From an uncultured Bacteroidales bacterium (lineage in GTDB: Bacteria > Bacteroidota > Bacteroidia > Bacteroidales > FEN-979), in the NCBI GenBank assembly GCA_963768805.1, contig CAVYJI010000004.1:1415-65414 (forward strand): a DNA stretch of 64,000 bases. The letters run 5' to 3'. A program made the translations under genes and the position numbers. The notes below the pieces were generated by a model. It ran no database searches and was not told the DNA's origin. It saw nothing but the letters and a program-made list of their open reading frames with translations. Positions 43,544-54,994 of this stretch are shown one piece after another; positions within the stretch are counted from its first letter, which is position 1, and every line of letters starts with the position of its first letter.

Positions 43544-45583
43544 ATGAGGGATCATCAGATAACCCGGTTAGTTTACCTGCCGTCAGCCAGGACAGCTGGT
43601 TTTTTTTTCTTTATCGTATTCCTGTTATTTTTTTCATTCACTTCCCGGAGCCAGCAGACCCAGAAAAGCCTTCAGGATACATTGATCTTTGATACTATCC
43701 ATGTAAAAAAAGGAACCTGGTTTCATTTTCAGGGTAAGAATTACAATGTAAAGAAAGACACCATCTTCATAGAGCAATCCATTAAAGCCAATCCAAAAGA
43801 ATCGAAGAACCTACAACGGTCAAAAACTTTTTATGATTCTGTTTACAGAAAATTATCCCGAAGCAAGTTCTCTCAATTTTTATATGATCTGGCTTTTGTG
43901 CCGCCCAAACCGCAACCCCTTCCCGGCAATTCGGATCAAGTTAAAAGCGAAAGCCCATTTGAAAAATACAAAGGAAAGATAATCCGGCATATCTGGATTA
44001 AAACCCTTGCCCCATTTGGAACGAATATCACTGATACCCTCGCATCCGCACGAACCAGCGCTGGTAGGGCTCTGAATGCAGCTCATCTAAAGACCCACCC
44101 CTGGGTTATAAGAAAAAACCTTTTCATCAAAGAAGGGCAGAAAGTCGATCCTTTCCTGCTGGCAGATAATGAGCGGAATATCCGTGATATGTCATACATC
44201 AATAGCGTTAAAACCTATGTTATCCCCGTAGACAATGCCAGCGATTCGGTGGATATCACCATCGTTACCAATGATGTGTGGTCGATTGGATTTGACATCA
44301 TATCTGCAGAAACCAATAAGGTAGCATTTCGTGTGTATGATGGGAACTTCCTGGGCCTGGCAGACCGGGTAGCACTGGGTTTTTCGTTCAGGACAAGACA
44401 GCAGCCATTTTGTTTTATCAATGGTGCTTCATACACTTATAATAATATCGCAGGTACATTCTTAAACACGGAGGTCAGCTACGCCCAGGATGACATTGGA
44501 AACCAAATCACAGGGATCACATTTAACAGGAACTTCTATTCTATAAACACCAAATGGGCTTTTGGTGGTGGATTCCAGAACACGAAGATGGTTGATCAGA
44601 TATCGACCAGCAGTGAAGAAAACAATGTTATCATGAATCAGATCAGTTATTACAACGATATGAGTCTCTGGGGCGGGCGTGCCTTCCGGCTCAACAATGC
44701 ACCCATTCCATCACGGTTCGTCTTGACTGAATCGTACTATCAAAGGGCTTACACTTCACGTCCTGTCATAACGATAGATTCTAATAAGATCTATTACAAC
44801 ACCACCAGGTTCCTGACAGGGCTGGCTTTCTCGGCAAACAGTTATTACCTCAGTGATTACATTTTTCATTTCGGTAAGATCGAAAACATACCTTATGGTG
44901 AGGCATTTAAATTAACCCTGGGTCCAGAAATTACTGATTTTTATTCAAGGCTATATGGAAGTATTGACCTTTCAGCCGGTAATTTTATTAACGGGTTTGG
45001 TTACCTTTCTGGTAGGGGTGTGTTGGGAGGATACCTGTATCACAAATCTGCTGAAGACTGTGTTCTCAAGATAAGTATGAAGTATCTTTCACCGCTCTAT
45101 GTGACCCCTGACAAGAAATTCAGATTTCGAGGCTATCTTACAGCTGATTATCGTTTAGGGTTCAAATTCCTGAAAAACAATACCGATTATACGAATATCA
45201 ACAGTGACTTGCTTATAAACCAGGTTGATTACGATACGGTTTTTCATGGAATACAGTCATTATCATCTACTCTTGCAGTAATCATGTATTCACCCCTGTA
45301 TCTTTACGGTTTCAAATTCGCCTTTGATATACAACTGAAAGGCGGATTTGTAGCGACAAATGTCCAGTCACTTTTTCATCAACCCTTTAATGCAGGTGTT
45401 GGGCTGGGAGTCATGATAAGGAATGACAATCTCATCTTCCCACCGTTAGTGATCTCCTGCTTTTATTACCCTTCTGTACCGCATGGCGTGACCTGGTGGC
45501 AATTCGGCTTCAACCAGGAAGTAGGGTTCAGAATCCCCGACTATAATGTTACAATGCCCCAGGTTGAAACCCTTCAAAATTAG
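43544..45583 (+). CDS. putative outer-membrane Omp85/BamA-like protein (POTRA-like + beta-barrel)
   Basis: N-terminal hydrophobic signal/anchor and a POTRA-like segment (..IRHIWIKTLAPFG...KEGQKVDPFLLADNERNIRDMSYINSVKTYVIP..DITIVTNDVWS). The rest is aromatic-rich with alternating beta-strands. The start abuts the preceding stop (TAAATG). Confidence 0.5.
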   Translation: MRDHQITRLVYLPSARTAGFFFFIVFLLFFSFTSRSQQTQKSLQDTLIFDTIHVKKGTWFHFQGKNYNVKKDTIFIEQSIKANPKESKNLQRSKTFYDSVYRKLSRSKFSQFLYDLAFVPPKPQPLPGNSDQVKSESPFEKYKGKIIRHIWIKTLAPFGTNITDTLASARTSAGRALNAAHLKTHPWVIRKNLFIKEGQKVDPFLLADNERNIRDMSYINSVKTYVIPVDNASDSVDITIVTNDVWSIGFDIISAETNKVAFRVYDGNFLGLADRVALGFSFRTRQQPFCFINGASYTYNNIAGTFLNTEVSYAQDDIGNQITGITFNRNFYSINTKWAFGGGFQNTKMVDQISTSSEENNVIMNQISYYNDMSLWGGRAFRLNNAPIPSRFVLTESYYQRAYTSRPVITIDSNKIYYNTTRFLTGLAFSANSYYLSDYIFHFGKIENIPYGEAFKLTLGPEITDFYSRLYGSIDLSAGNFINGFGYLSGRGVLGGYLYHKSAEDCVLKISMKYLSPLYVTPDKKFRFRGYLTADYRLGFKFLKNNTDYTNINSDLLINQVDYDTVFHGIQSLSSTLAVIMYSPLYLYGFKFAFDIQLKGGFVATNVQSLFHQPFNAGVGLGVMIRNDNLIFPPLVISCFYYPSVPHGVTWWQFGFNQEVGFRIPDYNVTMPQVETLQN

Positions 45584-45591
45584 CACCAATA

Positions 45592-46158
45592 ATGGAAAAA
45601 AAAGAAACTAATGTTACTTCTGATCCGGTTTATTCAAGAACCGTTTTAGAACTGCTTACTGTGGCAAATGAATATTGTTTATTTCTTGAGAAAGCTGAGA
45701 ATTATGACCGGCAGGATATCCTGCTGTTTCTCCAGAAGGTCTGCCCGCTGATCTACATCAAGTCTTCACTTTTGCCAGTTATTGAAATGACTGATGAAGA
45801 TGCTGCCGAACATTTTGTGACTGAAGAACAGTGGGAAGATCTATTCAATAGCCTCCGTCTGAAATTCGGTGAAGATGATATCTATTATTTTATAGATCCT
45901 CATGACCGAATTAATACCGACCCTATAAAGGCAAGCCTTGCAGAAAATTTTACTGATATCTACCAGGATCTGAAAGATTTTGTTCTCCTTTATCAAAAGC
46001 CCCTGAAAGCTTCTATGGAATATGCGGTGTTTGATTGCAAGAGGCAGTTTGAGACCCGGTACGGTTTCAGGCTTGTAAGGGCTCACTCCGCAATTCATTA
46101 TCTCCTCAACAAGGAAGGCGAGAAAAGCGAATTCCAGGATTTACTGGAAGATCTTTAG
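45592..46158 (+). CDS. DUF5063-like hypothetical protein
   Basis: 188-aa acidic helical protein (..YSRTVLELLTVANEYCLFLEKAE..). The family assignment is from memory only. Confidence 0.5.
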   Translation: MEKKETNVTSDPVYSRTVLELLTVANEYCLFLEKAENYDRQDILLFLQKVCPLIYIKSSLLPVIEMTDEDAAEHFVTEEQWEDLFNSLRLKFGEDDIYYFIDPHDRINTDPIKASLAENFTDIYQDLKDFVLLYQKPLKASMEYAVFDCKRQFETRYGFRLVRAHSAIHYLLNKEGEKSEFQDLLEDL

Positions 46159-46166
46159 GATATTCA

Positions 46167-47204
46167 TTATTTTTCCCTTGCCTTATCAAGCCGGTTCAAT
46201 CCGTCTATGGCCTTCTGGTAATTGGTCCTTAATTGAAGCACATGCTTATAATCCTGGTATGCCTTTGAATACTCTCCTGCCAACTCATAGGAATATCCCC
46301 TGTTGAAATAGGCCTCGACGTAGCCGGGATCACGTTTCAGTGCAGCAGAAAAATAATCTGCCGCTTTCCTGAAATCGTGAAGGTAAACAAGATAGATGTA
46401 CCCGGTATTGTATGGGGCATCTTTGAAGGTGGTATCGACTTTCCCTAATTTGTCATAGGTCTCAAGCGCTTCCTGGTATCTTCCATTGTCCTGATAAAAC
46501 ATTCCAAGCATGTAGAGGGCTTCTTTGCTATCCGGCCGGAGCTTGACAGCATTCTTCAGATAATCGATTGTAATCGGGTCTTTTTTCATCGAGTACAACT
46601 CCGCGAGTTCCACATAGGCTTCATAAAATGTCTGATCCTGATCTATGGTCTTCTTAAAGTCCTCAACAGCTGTGATGGTATCACCTTTTTCCAGAAATGC
46701 CAAAGCCAGTGTAAAATAAACCTGTGGATTCCGGGGTTCCACATCCAGCGCTTTCCTGGCATACTGGAATGTAGCCTTATAATCCTTGATGATGAGACTC
46801 AGTTTGGTAAGTCTTGTAAGGATAGAATTATTATTCGGATCGATGGATAAAGCTTTCTGCAGGGCCTCATTGCAATTGTCAGGCTTTCCCATGCCCAGGT
46901 ACACGTCGGAAAGCGTAATATACAATGAAGCTTTATCGGGAGAGAGGGAGATGGCTTTTGAGATATCTGCAAAAGCCAGTTTTTCCTGGTGATCCATCAG
47001 ATAGTATTTCGTCCTTTGTTGCAAAAGATCCGCATCTTTAGGATGATCTGCGATCTTCCTGCTCAGGTCATTTATCAGTACAGTGAGGGTGTCTTTGCCA
47101 GATATGTGTTTTTCGGTTACTTCATGCCTTCCTCTGCAGGATGTGATCAATAGAAGTGCGATGAACAGTCCTGAAACGAGTGACCCGACAGTTCTATTTG
47201 ACAT
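46167..47204 (-). CDS. TPR-repeat lipoprotein
   Basis: Start is the Met at 47204 ([23 protein letters not shown], lipobox). ~8 TPR units (..A..Y..AL..DP.N..). The start overlaps the recA stop by 11 nt. Confidence 0.8.
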   Translation of the reverse strand: MSNRTVGSLVSGLFIALLLITSCRGRHEVTEKHISGKDTLTVLINDLSRKIADHPKDADLLQQRTKYYLMDHQEKLAFADISKAISLSPDKASLYITLSDVYLGMGKPDNCNEALQKALSIDPNNNSILTRLTKLSLIIKDYKATFQYARKALDVEPRNPQVYFTLALAFLEKGDTITAVEDFKKTIDQDQTFYEAYVELAELYSMKKDPITIDYLKNAVKLRPDSKEALYMLGMFYQDNGRYQEALETYDKLGKVDTTFKDAPYNTGYIYLVYLHDFRKAADYFSAALKRDPGYVEAYFNRGYSYELAGEYSKAYQDYKHVLQLRTNYQKAIDGLNRLDKAREK

Positions 47205-48204
47205 TTTGCAACACCTCCATGATCTTCTTTTCAAGTTCGTCTGCGAGTTCAAGGTTGTCCTGAAGCAACTTTTTCACAGCATCCCTTCCCTGTCCAAGTT
47301 TGGTTTCACCATAAGAGAACCATGAACCGCTTTTCTTAATGATGTTATACTCGACAGCGAGGTCAATGATCTCAAGTATCCTGGAGATCCCTTCTCCATA
47401 AATAATATCAAATTCAGCTTTACGGAAAGGAGGTGCAAGCTTATTCTTGACAACTTTCACCTTTGCCCTGTTCCCGATGATCTCCTCCCCTTCTTTCAAC
47501 TGGTTCACCTTGCGGATATCAAGACGTACGGAAGCATAGAATTTCAGGGCATTCCCGCCAGTAGTGGTTTCAGGGTTGCCAAACATGATCCCGATCTTTT
47601 CCCTTAACTGGTTGATAAAAATACAACATGTTGCAGTTTTTGAGATCGTGGAAGTCAGTTTCCTCAATGCCTGTGACATTAACCGTGCCTGCAATCCCAT
47701 CTTTGAATCACCCATCTCCCCTTCAATTTCACTTTTCGGTGTTAATGCCGCCACTGAATCTATTACGATGATATCAATGGCACCTGAGCGAATAAGGTTC
47801 TCGACGATCTCCAGTGCCTGTTCACCATTATCCGGTTGTGAGATCAGGAGGTTCTCGACATCCACTCCCAATTTTTGTGCATAAAACCGGTCGAAAGCAT
47901 GTTCAGCATCAATAAATGCAGCAATCCCTCCCGTTTTCTGAGATTCAGCAATGGCATGAAGCGCAAGAGTGGTTTTTCCGGAGGACTCCGGGCCATAAAT
48001 CTCAATAACCCTTCCTTTTGGCAAACCGCCAATTCCCAGTGCGGCATTCAATCCTATGGATCCAGTCGGAATGAACTCCACTGCTTCAATGGCGTGGTCG
48101 CCCAGTTTCATGACCGTGCCTTTGCCGTATGTCTTTTCCAGCTTGTCCAGAGTAAGCTGAAGCGCTTTCATTTTTTCCTTGCTATTGTCTTCTTCTTTTG
48201 CCAT
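47194..48204 (-). CDS. recA: recombinase RecA
   Basis: [16 protein letters not shown] (Walker A), [10 protein letters not shown] (Walker B) and the L1/L2 regions. 336 aa. Confidence 0.97.
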   Translation of the reverse strand: MAKEEDNSKEKMKALQLTLDKLEKTYGKGTVMKLGDHAIEAVEFIPTGSIGLNAALGIGGLPKGRVIEIYGPESSGKTTLALHAIAESQKTGGIAAFIDAEHAFDRFYAQKLGVDVENLLISQPDNGEQALEIVENLIRSGAIDIIVIDSVAALTPKSEIEGEMGDSKMGLQARLMSQALRKLTSTISKTATCCIFINQLREKIGIMFGNPETTTGGNALKFYASVRLDIRKVNQLKEGEEIIGNRAKVKVVKNKLAPPFRKAEFDIIYGEGISRILEIIDLAVEYNIIKKSGSWFSYGETKLGQGRDAVKKLLQDNLELADELEKKIMEVLQNVK

Positions 48205-48257
48205 ATTATTTTTTTTGATGTTAATTAAATTCCTGAAAGAGAAAAACTGACCGGGAT

Positions 48258-48719
48258 TTACTCTTCATTTTCCAATATCTGCTCTGTATGATTCTTTGTA
48301 TCAACCCTGGTGAAGATCTTCTCAATAACTCCTTTCTCTGAGATAACATAGGTCGTTCGAAGGATTCCATCATATTCCCTGCCATAAAGCTTTTTTTTAC
48401 CCCATGCGCCATATGCCTTCAGGATCTTTTTCTCTTTATCGGGGATGAGTGGAAAAGGTAATTCATATTTTTCAATAAATTTTTTATGTGACCTGTCATC
48501 ATCTGCGCTGACACCGATGATCATGTATCCTTTTTTCAGCAGCAAATTATAGTTGTCACGCAGGTTACATGCTTCCGCAGTGCACCCGGGAGTATCATCT
48601 TTAGGATAAAAATAGAGGATCAGTTTTTTTCCTCTGAATTCATTCAACGAGATGGGATTGCCATCCTGATCAATCGCTGTAAAAGCCGGGGCTTCATCTC
48701 CAATCTTTAATATTGCCAT
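48258..48719 (-). CDS. bcp: thioredoxin-dependent peroxiredoxin Bcp
   Basis: [15 protein letters not shown] peroxidatic Cys motif. 153 aa. Confidence 0.9.
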   Translation of the reverse strand: MAILKIGDEAPAFTAIDQDGNPISLNEFRGKKLILYFYPKDDTPGCTAEACNLRDNYNLLLKKGYMIIGVSADDDRSHKKFIEKYELPFPLIPDKEKKILKAYGAWGKKKLYGREYDGILRTTYVISEKGVIEKIFTRVDTKNHTEQILENEE

Positions 48720-48809
48720 CTTGGTTAATATTTAATACAGAAAATCATCTCAAAGGTAAAATTTTTGATCCTAAACGAGCGCTTTCCGGAGTAGTAGTTA
48801 TTAACAAAA

Positions 48810-49454
48810 TTACTCCTTCCTGAGTCCCTGGTAATATTTGCATATCGTGGTCAGTCCGCATGCGGAACATTTTGGTTTTCGTGCAGTGCATACATAACGG
48901 CCATGCAGGATGAGCCAATGGTGGGCTAATGGAATGAGCCGGTCAGGAATGTACTTTACCAGTTGTATTTCAGTTTGGTAAGGAGTCCTGGCACCGAGGG
49001 TCAGTCCGATCCTTGCAGAGACTCTGAAAACATGGGTATCGACTGCCATGGCCGGTTTTTTATAAATAACCGAGGCCAGAACATTGGCTGTTTTACGCCC
49101 TACCCCGGGAATTGTCATTAATTCAACGACATCAGAAGGCAATACACCTGCAAAATCATGGACCAGCGAATTTGCCATGCCAATCAGGTTTTTCGCTTTG
49201 TTATTCGGATAAGAACAGCTTTTAATCAGCTCAAAAACCTCATCCTGACGGGCAGATGAGAGTGATCCGGCATCAGGGAACCTCCTGAAAAAGGCAGGTG
49301 TTATCATGTTTACCCGCTTATCAGTACACTGGGCAGAAAGGATCACTGCAACAATCAATTCATAGGGATCAGTATAGACCAGTTCTGTCTCAGCTTTTGG
49401 ACGGTGTTCAAGGAAATAGCCGATTAAAAAGGTGAATCGTTCTTTCCGGGTCAT
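48810..49454 (-). CDS. nth: endonuclease III
   Basis: HhH-GPD motif (MTIPGVGRKTANVL), catalytic Lys/Asp region, and the C-terminal 4Fe-4S cluster loop C..x6..C..C..x5..C (CTARKPKCSACGLTTIC). Confidence 0.92.
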   Translation of the reverse strand: MTRKERFTFLIGYFLEHRPKAETELVYTDPYELIVAVILSAQCTDKRVNMITPAFFRRFPDAGSLSSARQDEVFELIKSCSYPNNKAKNLIGMANSLVHDFAGVLPSDVVELMTIPGVGRKTANVLASVIYKKPAMAVDTHVFRVSARIGLTLGARTPYQTEIQLVKYIPDRLIPLAHHWLILHGRYVCTARKPKCSACGLTTICKYYQGLRKE

Positions 49455-49527
49455 AAGAATCTTTTAGACAAAAGTAGGGAAATTTGTGATAACCTGCGTA
49501 TTACTGTGACGCGTGTCAGATAGAAAC

Positions 49528-49602
49528 TAATCGAATCTCAATCGAATCTCAATCGAATCTCAATCGAATCTCAATCGAAGGTCAATCGAAGGTCAATCGA
49601 AG
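49528..49602. repeat. 11-nt tandem repeat, AATCGAATCTC x4 then AATCGAAGGTC x2 plus a partial unit
   Basis: Read directly. Located in the divergent intergenic region between nth (-) and the FAD reductase gene (+). Confidence 0.95.
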
Positions 49603-49885
49603 CTTGATTAAAGGATGGACGGAAGGAGATATGTTAACTAATTGATATTGATAATGGATACCTGATTGGACATCTTAACCGAGGAATATGCGAAACCGGG
49701 AATAAAAAGGAAACCGTGATACGGAAAAACCAGTCAGGTAACAAGGGGTGGAACATCAAAATATAATTAACCTTCAACATTTTATTCAGCCGTTTTTGAT
49801 TAAGTTTGTTTAGTAAATCTCATAAAGGAAAATGACTCGTTTGCTTATCTGATGTCAGTTAGCGAATTATAAGACCTTATAATAA

Positions 49886-51115
49886 ATGCAAACACCTGAT
49901 TTCGATCTTGTTATTGTAGGTGCGGGGCCTGCCGGGTGCACTACTGCATTAAAACTTGCAGGATCAGGTATAAAGGTTGCATTGATTGATAAAGCGGTTC
50001 TGCCGGCAGACAAAACATGCGGAGACGCACTGAGCGGAACTGTTTTACAAGTCCTAAGGAGACTTCCCGATTGTTATGATGAATTTCTGAAGCTCGAACC
50101 AAAAAACCCTTCCTGGGGAATACGTTTTGCAGCCCCAAGCAGGGAGTTTCTTGATGTTCCTTTCATCCTTGACAGGAAACCTGAAACCCCTCCACCGGGA
50201 TATCTCATCAAAAGAAAGCTATTTGATGGGTTTCTTCAGCAAAAGGTCAGGGATTTGACCCATTTTCCGGTGATTGACAATTTCAAGGCCGAACAGATCA
50301 TCCGCGAAAAAGAGTTTCTCATTATAAAGAGTGAAAAAGGAGATCTGAAATGCAGGATAGTCATGGGAGCAGACGGAGCTCTTTCAACTGTAGGCCGGAT
50401 ACTCGCAAAGCATCCGGTTAATTATAAGCACTATTGTTTTGGGGTAAGAACTTATTTTTCAGGGGTTACAGATCTTCATCCGGAGCACTTTATTGAATTA
50501 CACTTCCTTGAAGAACTTTTACCGGGTTATCTATGGATATTTCCATTGGCTGATGGCCTTGCAAATGTTGGTTTAGGGATGTTATATGAGAAGATGAAAG
50601 CCACCCCGGAATCCTTGCCTGCAATGCTGAAGGAGATTATCTCGACCCACCCTTTAATTTCAAGGAGGTTTTCCAAAGCTGTTATGAGAGGAAAGATCGA
50701 AGCACACGGACTTCCTCTTGGTCCTGATCCCAAAGCAATTTCAGGCGATGGATTTCTGCTTGCAGGAGATGCTGCTTCTTTAGTGGATCCCTTCTCAGGC
50801 GAGGGCATCGGCAATGCCATGGTCAGCGGGGAGATTGCAGCCGGTATGATCACTGAAGCATTTTCAGTAAACGACTTCTCAGCGAGATTCCTGAAACAAT
50901 ATGATGAAAGGATACACGAAAAACTGGGGAGGGAACTTAAAACCAGCCACAAAATACAGGAACTCTGTGCTCATCCTGCATTATTTAACCTGGTCGTGAA
51001 GAAAGCAAACAAAAATAAAGAGCTGAGGGAGATGTTTACCAGGATGTATACCAGTCAGGACATGTTCGACCAACTCAAGAATCCTGTGTTTTATATCAAA
51101 CTCTTGATGGGATGA
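49886..51115 (+). CDS. FAD-dependent oxidoreductase, geranylgeranyl reductase family
   Basis: DLVIVGAGPAGCTTALKLAGSG dinucleotide-binding motif and the later GDAASLVDPFSGEGI motif. Confidence 0.75.
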   Translation: MQTPDFDLVIVGAGPAGCTTALKLAGSGIKVALIDKAVLPADKTCGDALSGTVLQVLRRLPDCYDEFLKLEPKNPSWGIRFAAPSREFLDVPFILDRKPETPPPGYLIKRKLFDGFLQQKVRDLTHFPVIDNFKAEQIIREKEFLIIKSEKGDLKCRIVMGADGALSTVGRILAKHPVNYKHYCFGVRTYFSGVTDLHPEHFIELHFLEELLPGYLWIFPLADGLANVGLGMLYEKMKATPESLPAMLKEIISTHPLISRRFSKAVMRGKIEAHGLPLGPDPKAISGDGFLLAGDAASLVDPFSGEGIGNAMVSGEIAAGMITEAFSVNDFSARFLKQYDERIHEKLGRELKTSHKIQELCAHPALFNLVVKKANKNKELREMFTRMYTSQDMFDQLKNPVFYIKLLMG

Positions 51116-52276
51116 TTATTTTCTGATAATAGTCACAGCGCCTCTGTAAACCTCATCACCATTTTCCCCGTGACATTTTAAGAGATAATAATATACACCG
51201 GCTGAAAGGTTTCCTCCATCCCAGTCACCGCTTTTATAATTTGTCTTCTGAAACACCACTCTTCCCTGACGGTTATAAATATACATCTCGGTAGAAAGAT
51301 AGATATTGGTGAGGTCAAGGTTCGTCCCATAGGGTTTGTTAGTGGAAGGATCAAGTTGCCGGATATTTAACGAGCCATTATCGTCTCCGGTTCCCGGGGT
51401 AATGGCATTGGGAACAAACAATCTTAAAGTCTTGACAGTTAAGGTATCAACTACAGTAGAATCGCATAACTGGCCATTGACATTATCAGTAAAATTCAGG
51501 TCAATATAATAGAGGCCAATTTTGGAATAATTATGCCTGCAGGGATTCAATTTCACAACCTTGCTGGTCCCGTCGGCAAAATCAAAGTTCCAGTCATCAA
51601 GATGCTTAATTGCAGTATCAGGGATAGTTGCAGTAACTTCAGGATTACTCATGTAGATCGTGTCGGGTGGGTTCAAATGAAAAGTGATCTTGTGCAATAC
51701 GAGGGTCTTAATATCAAATTCCCTTGAGACACAATGAGTTGTATCATGGTCAGTAACTGTAACCATATAAGATCCTTTCGGAAAGCCAACGCCCAGAGTA
51801 TCAAGCTGATGATAAGATCCACCGCCCCAATTGTAAGTATAAGGAGGATCTCCTCCGGAGACCCTGATCTTCATCTGGCCATTGCTGTCATAAGGGCATC
51901 CCAGTGCATTGTAACGGTACAGTGTATCGATATGCAACTGGGCACGAATATGGAGATGCGAAGGGGAACTGGTATCTACCCTGTTTGATAATGTGTCTAT
52001 TACGATACATTTATAATAGCCGGTGTCTAAATTGGTGATATTCTTCACAATAAGGTAAGGACGAGCGGAATCTGCGATTGCAACATTATCAAATAACCAT
52101 TTGAAACTGTATTCACCAGTGGTAGTATCGATCACTGTGGCATGAAACTGAACTTTTCCTCCATAACAAACGGTGACATCAATTGGATCGACAAGTACAC
52201 GGAAGACTTGTCCATAAGAATGAATGCTTAAAAAAAAGAGCAGGAAAATAAAGATTCGTTTCATGGGATTCATCAA
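51116..52276 (-). CDS. Ig-like repeat protein with type-B T9SS (gliding-motility-associated) C-terminal domain
   Basis: Signal peptide. C-terminal ..FVPNAITPGTGDDNGSLNI...IYNRQGRVVFQ...GDWDG....GVYYYLLKC....YRGAVTIIRK fits the CHU_C/type-B sorting domain pattern. Confidence 0.8.
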   Translation of the reverse strand: MMNPMKRIFIFLLFFLSIHSYGQVFRVLVDPIDVTVCYGGKVQFHATVIDTTTGEYSFKWLFDNVAIADSARPYLIVKNITNLDTGYYKCIVIDTLSNRVDTSSPSHLHIRAQLHIDTLYRYNALGCPYDSNGQMKIRVSGGDPPYTYNWGGGSYHQLDTLGVGFPKGSYMVTVTDHDTTHCVSREFDIKTLVLHKITFHLNPPDTIYMSNPEVTATIPDTAIKHLDDWNFDFADGTSKVVKLNPCRHNYSKIGLYYIDLNFTDNVNGQLCDSTVVDTLTVKTLRLFVPNAITPGTGDDNGSLNIRQLDPSTNKPYGTNLDLTNIYLSTEMYIYNRQGRVVFQKTNYKSGDWDGGNLSAGVYYYLLKCHGENGDEVYRGAVTIIRK

Positions 52277-52488
52277 TTCGGCGGTAAATTTATGAATTTA
52301 TACAGCCAAAAAGGCGGATAACCCGAAATATTTGTGACAAAAATTCATGAAAGTGCCTTGAAAATTGAATGGCAAACTCTTTGACATATGAAGAATTGAA
52401 ATTAAAAAAACAGAATGGACTTTGAACTTTATCATTAATCAGATCATTCATTAAACACAGGGAGATCAAAAAATTAACATCCAGATAT

Positions 52489-54961
52489 ATGAATTTTAAC
52501 AACTTTACAATTAAATCGCAGGAAGCCGTCCAGAAAGCAACTGAAATTGCTACAGCGAAACAGAACCAGTCCATCGAAACCTCACATTTGCTAAAAGGAA
52601 TGCTGATGGTGGATGAGAATGTTGTTCCATATCTTCTCAAAAAACTAAATGTTAACATAGAAATTTTCACAAGGGCACTTGATCGTATTATTGACTCTTA
52701 TCCAAAGGTTTCCGGTGGAGAGCAATATCTTTCAGGCGATGCGAACAAAGCGTTGCAAAAGGCCTCAGCTTTGGCACAGGAGTTTAAAGATGAATTCGTT
52801 TCCATCGAGCACCTCCTGCTGGGAATTCTTTCAGTCAATGACAGTACTTCAAGGCTGTTAAAAGATAATGGAGTAACCGAAAAGGAGCTTAAAGCTGCCA
52901 TTCGTCAGCTCAGGAAAGGTTCGGTTGTCAACAGCCAGACAGCGGAAGATACGTATAACTCACTGAACAAATATGCCCGTAACCTGAATGAGCTGGCCCG
53001 TACCGGCAAGCTCGATCCGGTTATCGGCCGTGACGAAGAGATCCGCAGGGTGCTGCAGATCTTGTCGCGGAGGACTAAAAATAACCCAATCCTTATTGGA
53101 GAACCCGGTGTAGGAAAAACTGCTATTGCAGAAGGACTCGCACACAGAATCATTGATGGTGACGTGCCCGAGAACCTGAAATCAAAGCAGCTCTATTCAT
53201 TGGATATGGGAGCACTTATAGCCGGCGCTAAATACAAGGGGGAATTTGAGGAAAGACTGAAGAGTGTGGTCAAGGAAGTCATTTCGGCAGATGGTGAGAT
53301 CATTCTTTTTATTGATGAGATCCATACCCTTGTTGGCGCAGGCGCCAGCGAAGGCGCCATGGATGCAGCCAATATCCTGAAACCTGCACTTTCAAGGGGA
53401 GAGCTTCACGTGATCGGGGCCACTACCCTCAAGGAATATCAGAAATACTTTGAAAAAGACAAGGCGCTTGAACGGCGTTTTCAGCCGGTCATGGTCAATG
53501 AGCCTGAAACACTGGATGCCATCTCCATCCTCCGCGGGATCAAGGAAAAATATGAGACCCACCACCATGTAAGGATCAAGGATGAAGCCATCATTGCTGC
53601 CGTGGAACTTTCACAGAGATACATCTCCGACCGTTTCCTGCCGGATAAAGCAATTGACCTGATCGACGAGGCTGCTTCAAAACTCAGGCTGGAGATCAAT
53701 TCGGTACCGGAAGAGCTTGAAATCATCGAACGCAAGATCCGCCAACTGGAAATTGAACGTGAAGCCATAAAAAGAGAGAAAGATGAGGAAAAGCTCAGAT
53801 CCCTGAATGAAGAGATAGGGAATCTTACGGAAGAACGAAACAGATTGAAGGCCAAATGGCAATCGGAAAAAGATTTAGTAGAGCAGATCCAGGCAAAGAA
53901 GAACGAGATCGAGAACCTGAAATTTGAAGCTGATGGAGCCAACCGGAGCGGGGATCTTGGAAAAGTGGCAGAGATCAGATATGGGCATATCCCTGCAATC
54001 GAGAAGGAAATTGCCAGTTTGAAAGAAAAACTCACTGTTATTCAAAAAGATTCTGCCATGGTCACCGAGGAAGTGGACGCCGAGGCGGTGGCTGATGTAG
54101 TTTCACATTGGACAGGCATTCCCGTTAGTCGTATGCTTCAGAGCGAGAAACAGAAACTGCTTAATCTTGAAACAGAACTGCACATGCGTGTTATTGGTCA
54201 GGATGAAGCCATCGGAGCTGTTGCTGATGCAATCCGCAGAAGCCGTGCCGGATTGCAGGATACGAAGAGACCTATCGGATCATTTATCTTTCTTGGCACG
54301 ACCGGCGTAGGAAAAACCGAACTGGCGAAAGCCCTGGCTGAGTTCCTGTTCAATAATGAGAACAGCATGGTTAGGATCGATATGTCAGAGTACCAGGAAC
54401 GGCATACGGTTTCCCGGCTGGTTGGAGCACCCCCGGGATATGTGGGCTATGAGAGAGAGAGCCCAGGGACGATGGCGTTGATTTTACAAGAATACCATTA
54501 TCATTATGACTTCCAATATCGGTTCCCATTTGATCCAGGAAAACCTGGAAAAGGTAACTGGAAAGAACCGGGAAGAAGTTCTTAATCGTACACGGGAACA
54601 GGTGTTCGAATTGCTAAAAAAAACCATCCGTCCCGAATTCCTTAACCGGATTGATGAAATCATCATGTTCCAGCCTCTTACAGAGAAAGAGATCAGAAAG
54701 GTTGTGGAGCTGCAGATTGGAATTATCAGGGAGATGTTAGAAAAGAACGGCATCCATCTTACCCCGACACCAAAAACAATAAACCTGATCGCCACTCTTG
54801 GCTTTGACCCTCAATTTGGCGCCCGTCCTATCAAACGCGTGATTCAGAAATATTTACTGAATGAGTTATCTAAAATGATCCTGGAAGGGAAAGTAGATAA
54901 AGACAGTACCATTATTGTCGACGAGAAGAACGGCAAACTGGTTTTCAGGAATGAAAAATGA
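52489..54961 (+). pseudogene. clpB: ClpB disaggregase gene, disrupted (internal deletion + frameshifts in NBD2)
   Basis: The N-domain, NBD1, coiled-coil and NBD2 Walker A (GTTGVGKT) are intact through ..[10 protein letters not shown] (to 54453). GAGAGAGAGAG follows. RDDGVDF is readable in a second frame and [13 protein letters not shown].. continues in a third frame (from 54491) to the normal C-terminus at 54961. Confidence 0.85.
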
Positions 54962-54994
54962 GTCTACTACCCCACCCCCTGACCCCTCACCCAA

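Noticed and set aside
51113-51118. Convergent genes with zero intergenic distance (49886-51115 and 51116-52276) and overlapping convergent stops at 23347-23350, as something functional
   Set aside because: This simply reflects compact gene packing. No structure or conserved signal is visible, so it is noted only as a caveat that no terminators can sit between these genes.
53481-54035. 184-aa minus-strand ORF inside clpB, and many similar antisense ORFs in the track (for example 10550-10957, 30383-30745, 38681-39163, 50527-50952, 33606-33875)
   Set aside because: All lie antisense to genes with strong family motifs. Their translations are Ser/Leu/Arg-rich with no motifs, which is typical of shadow ORFs.
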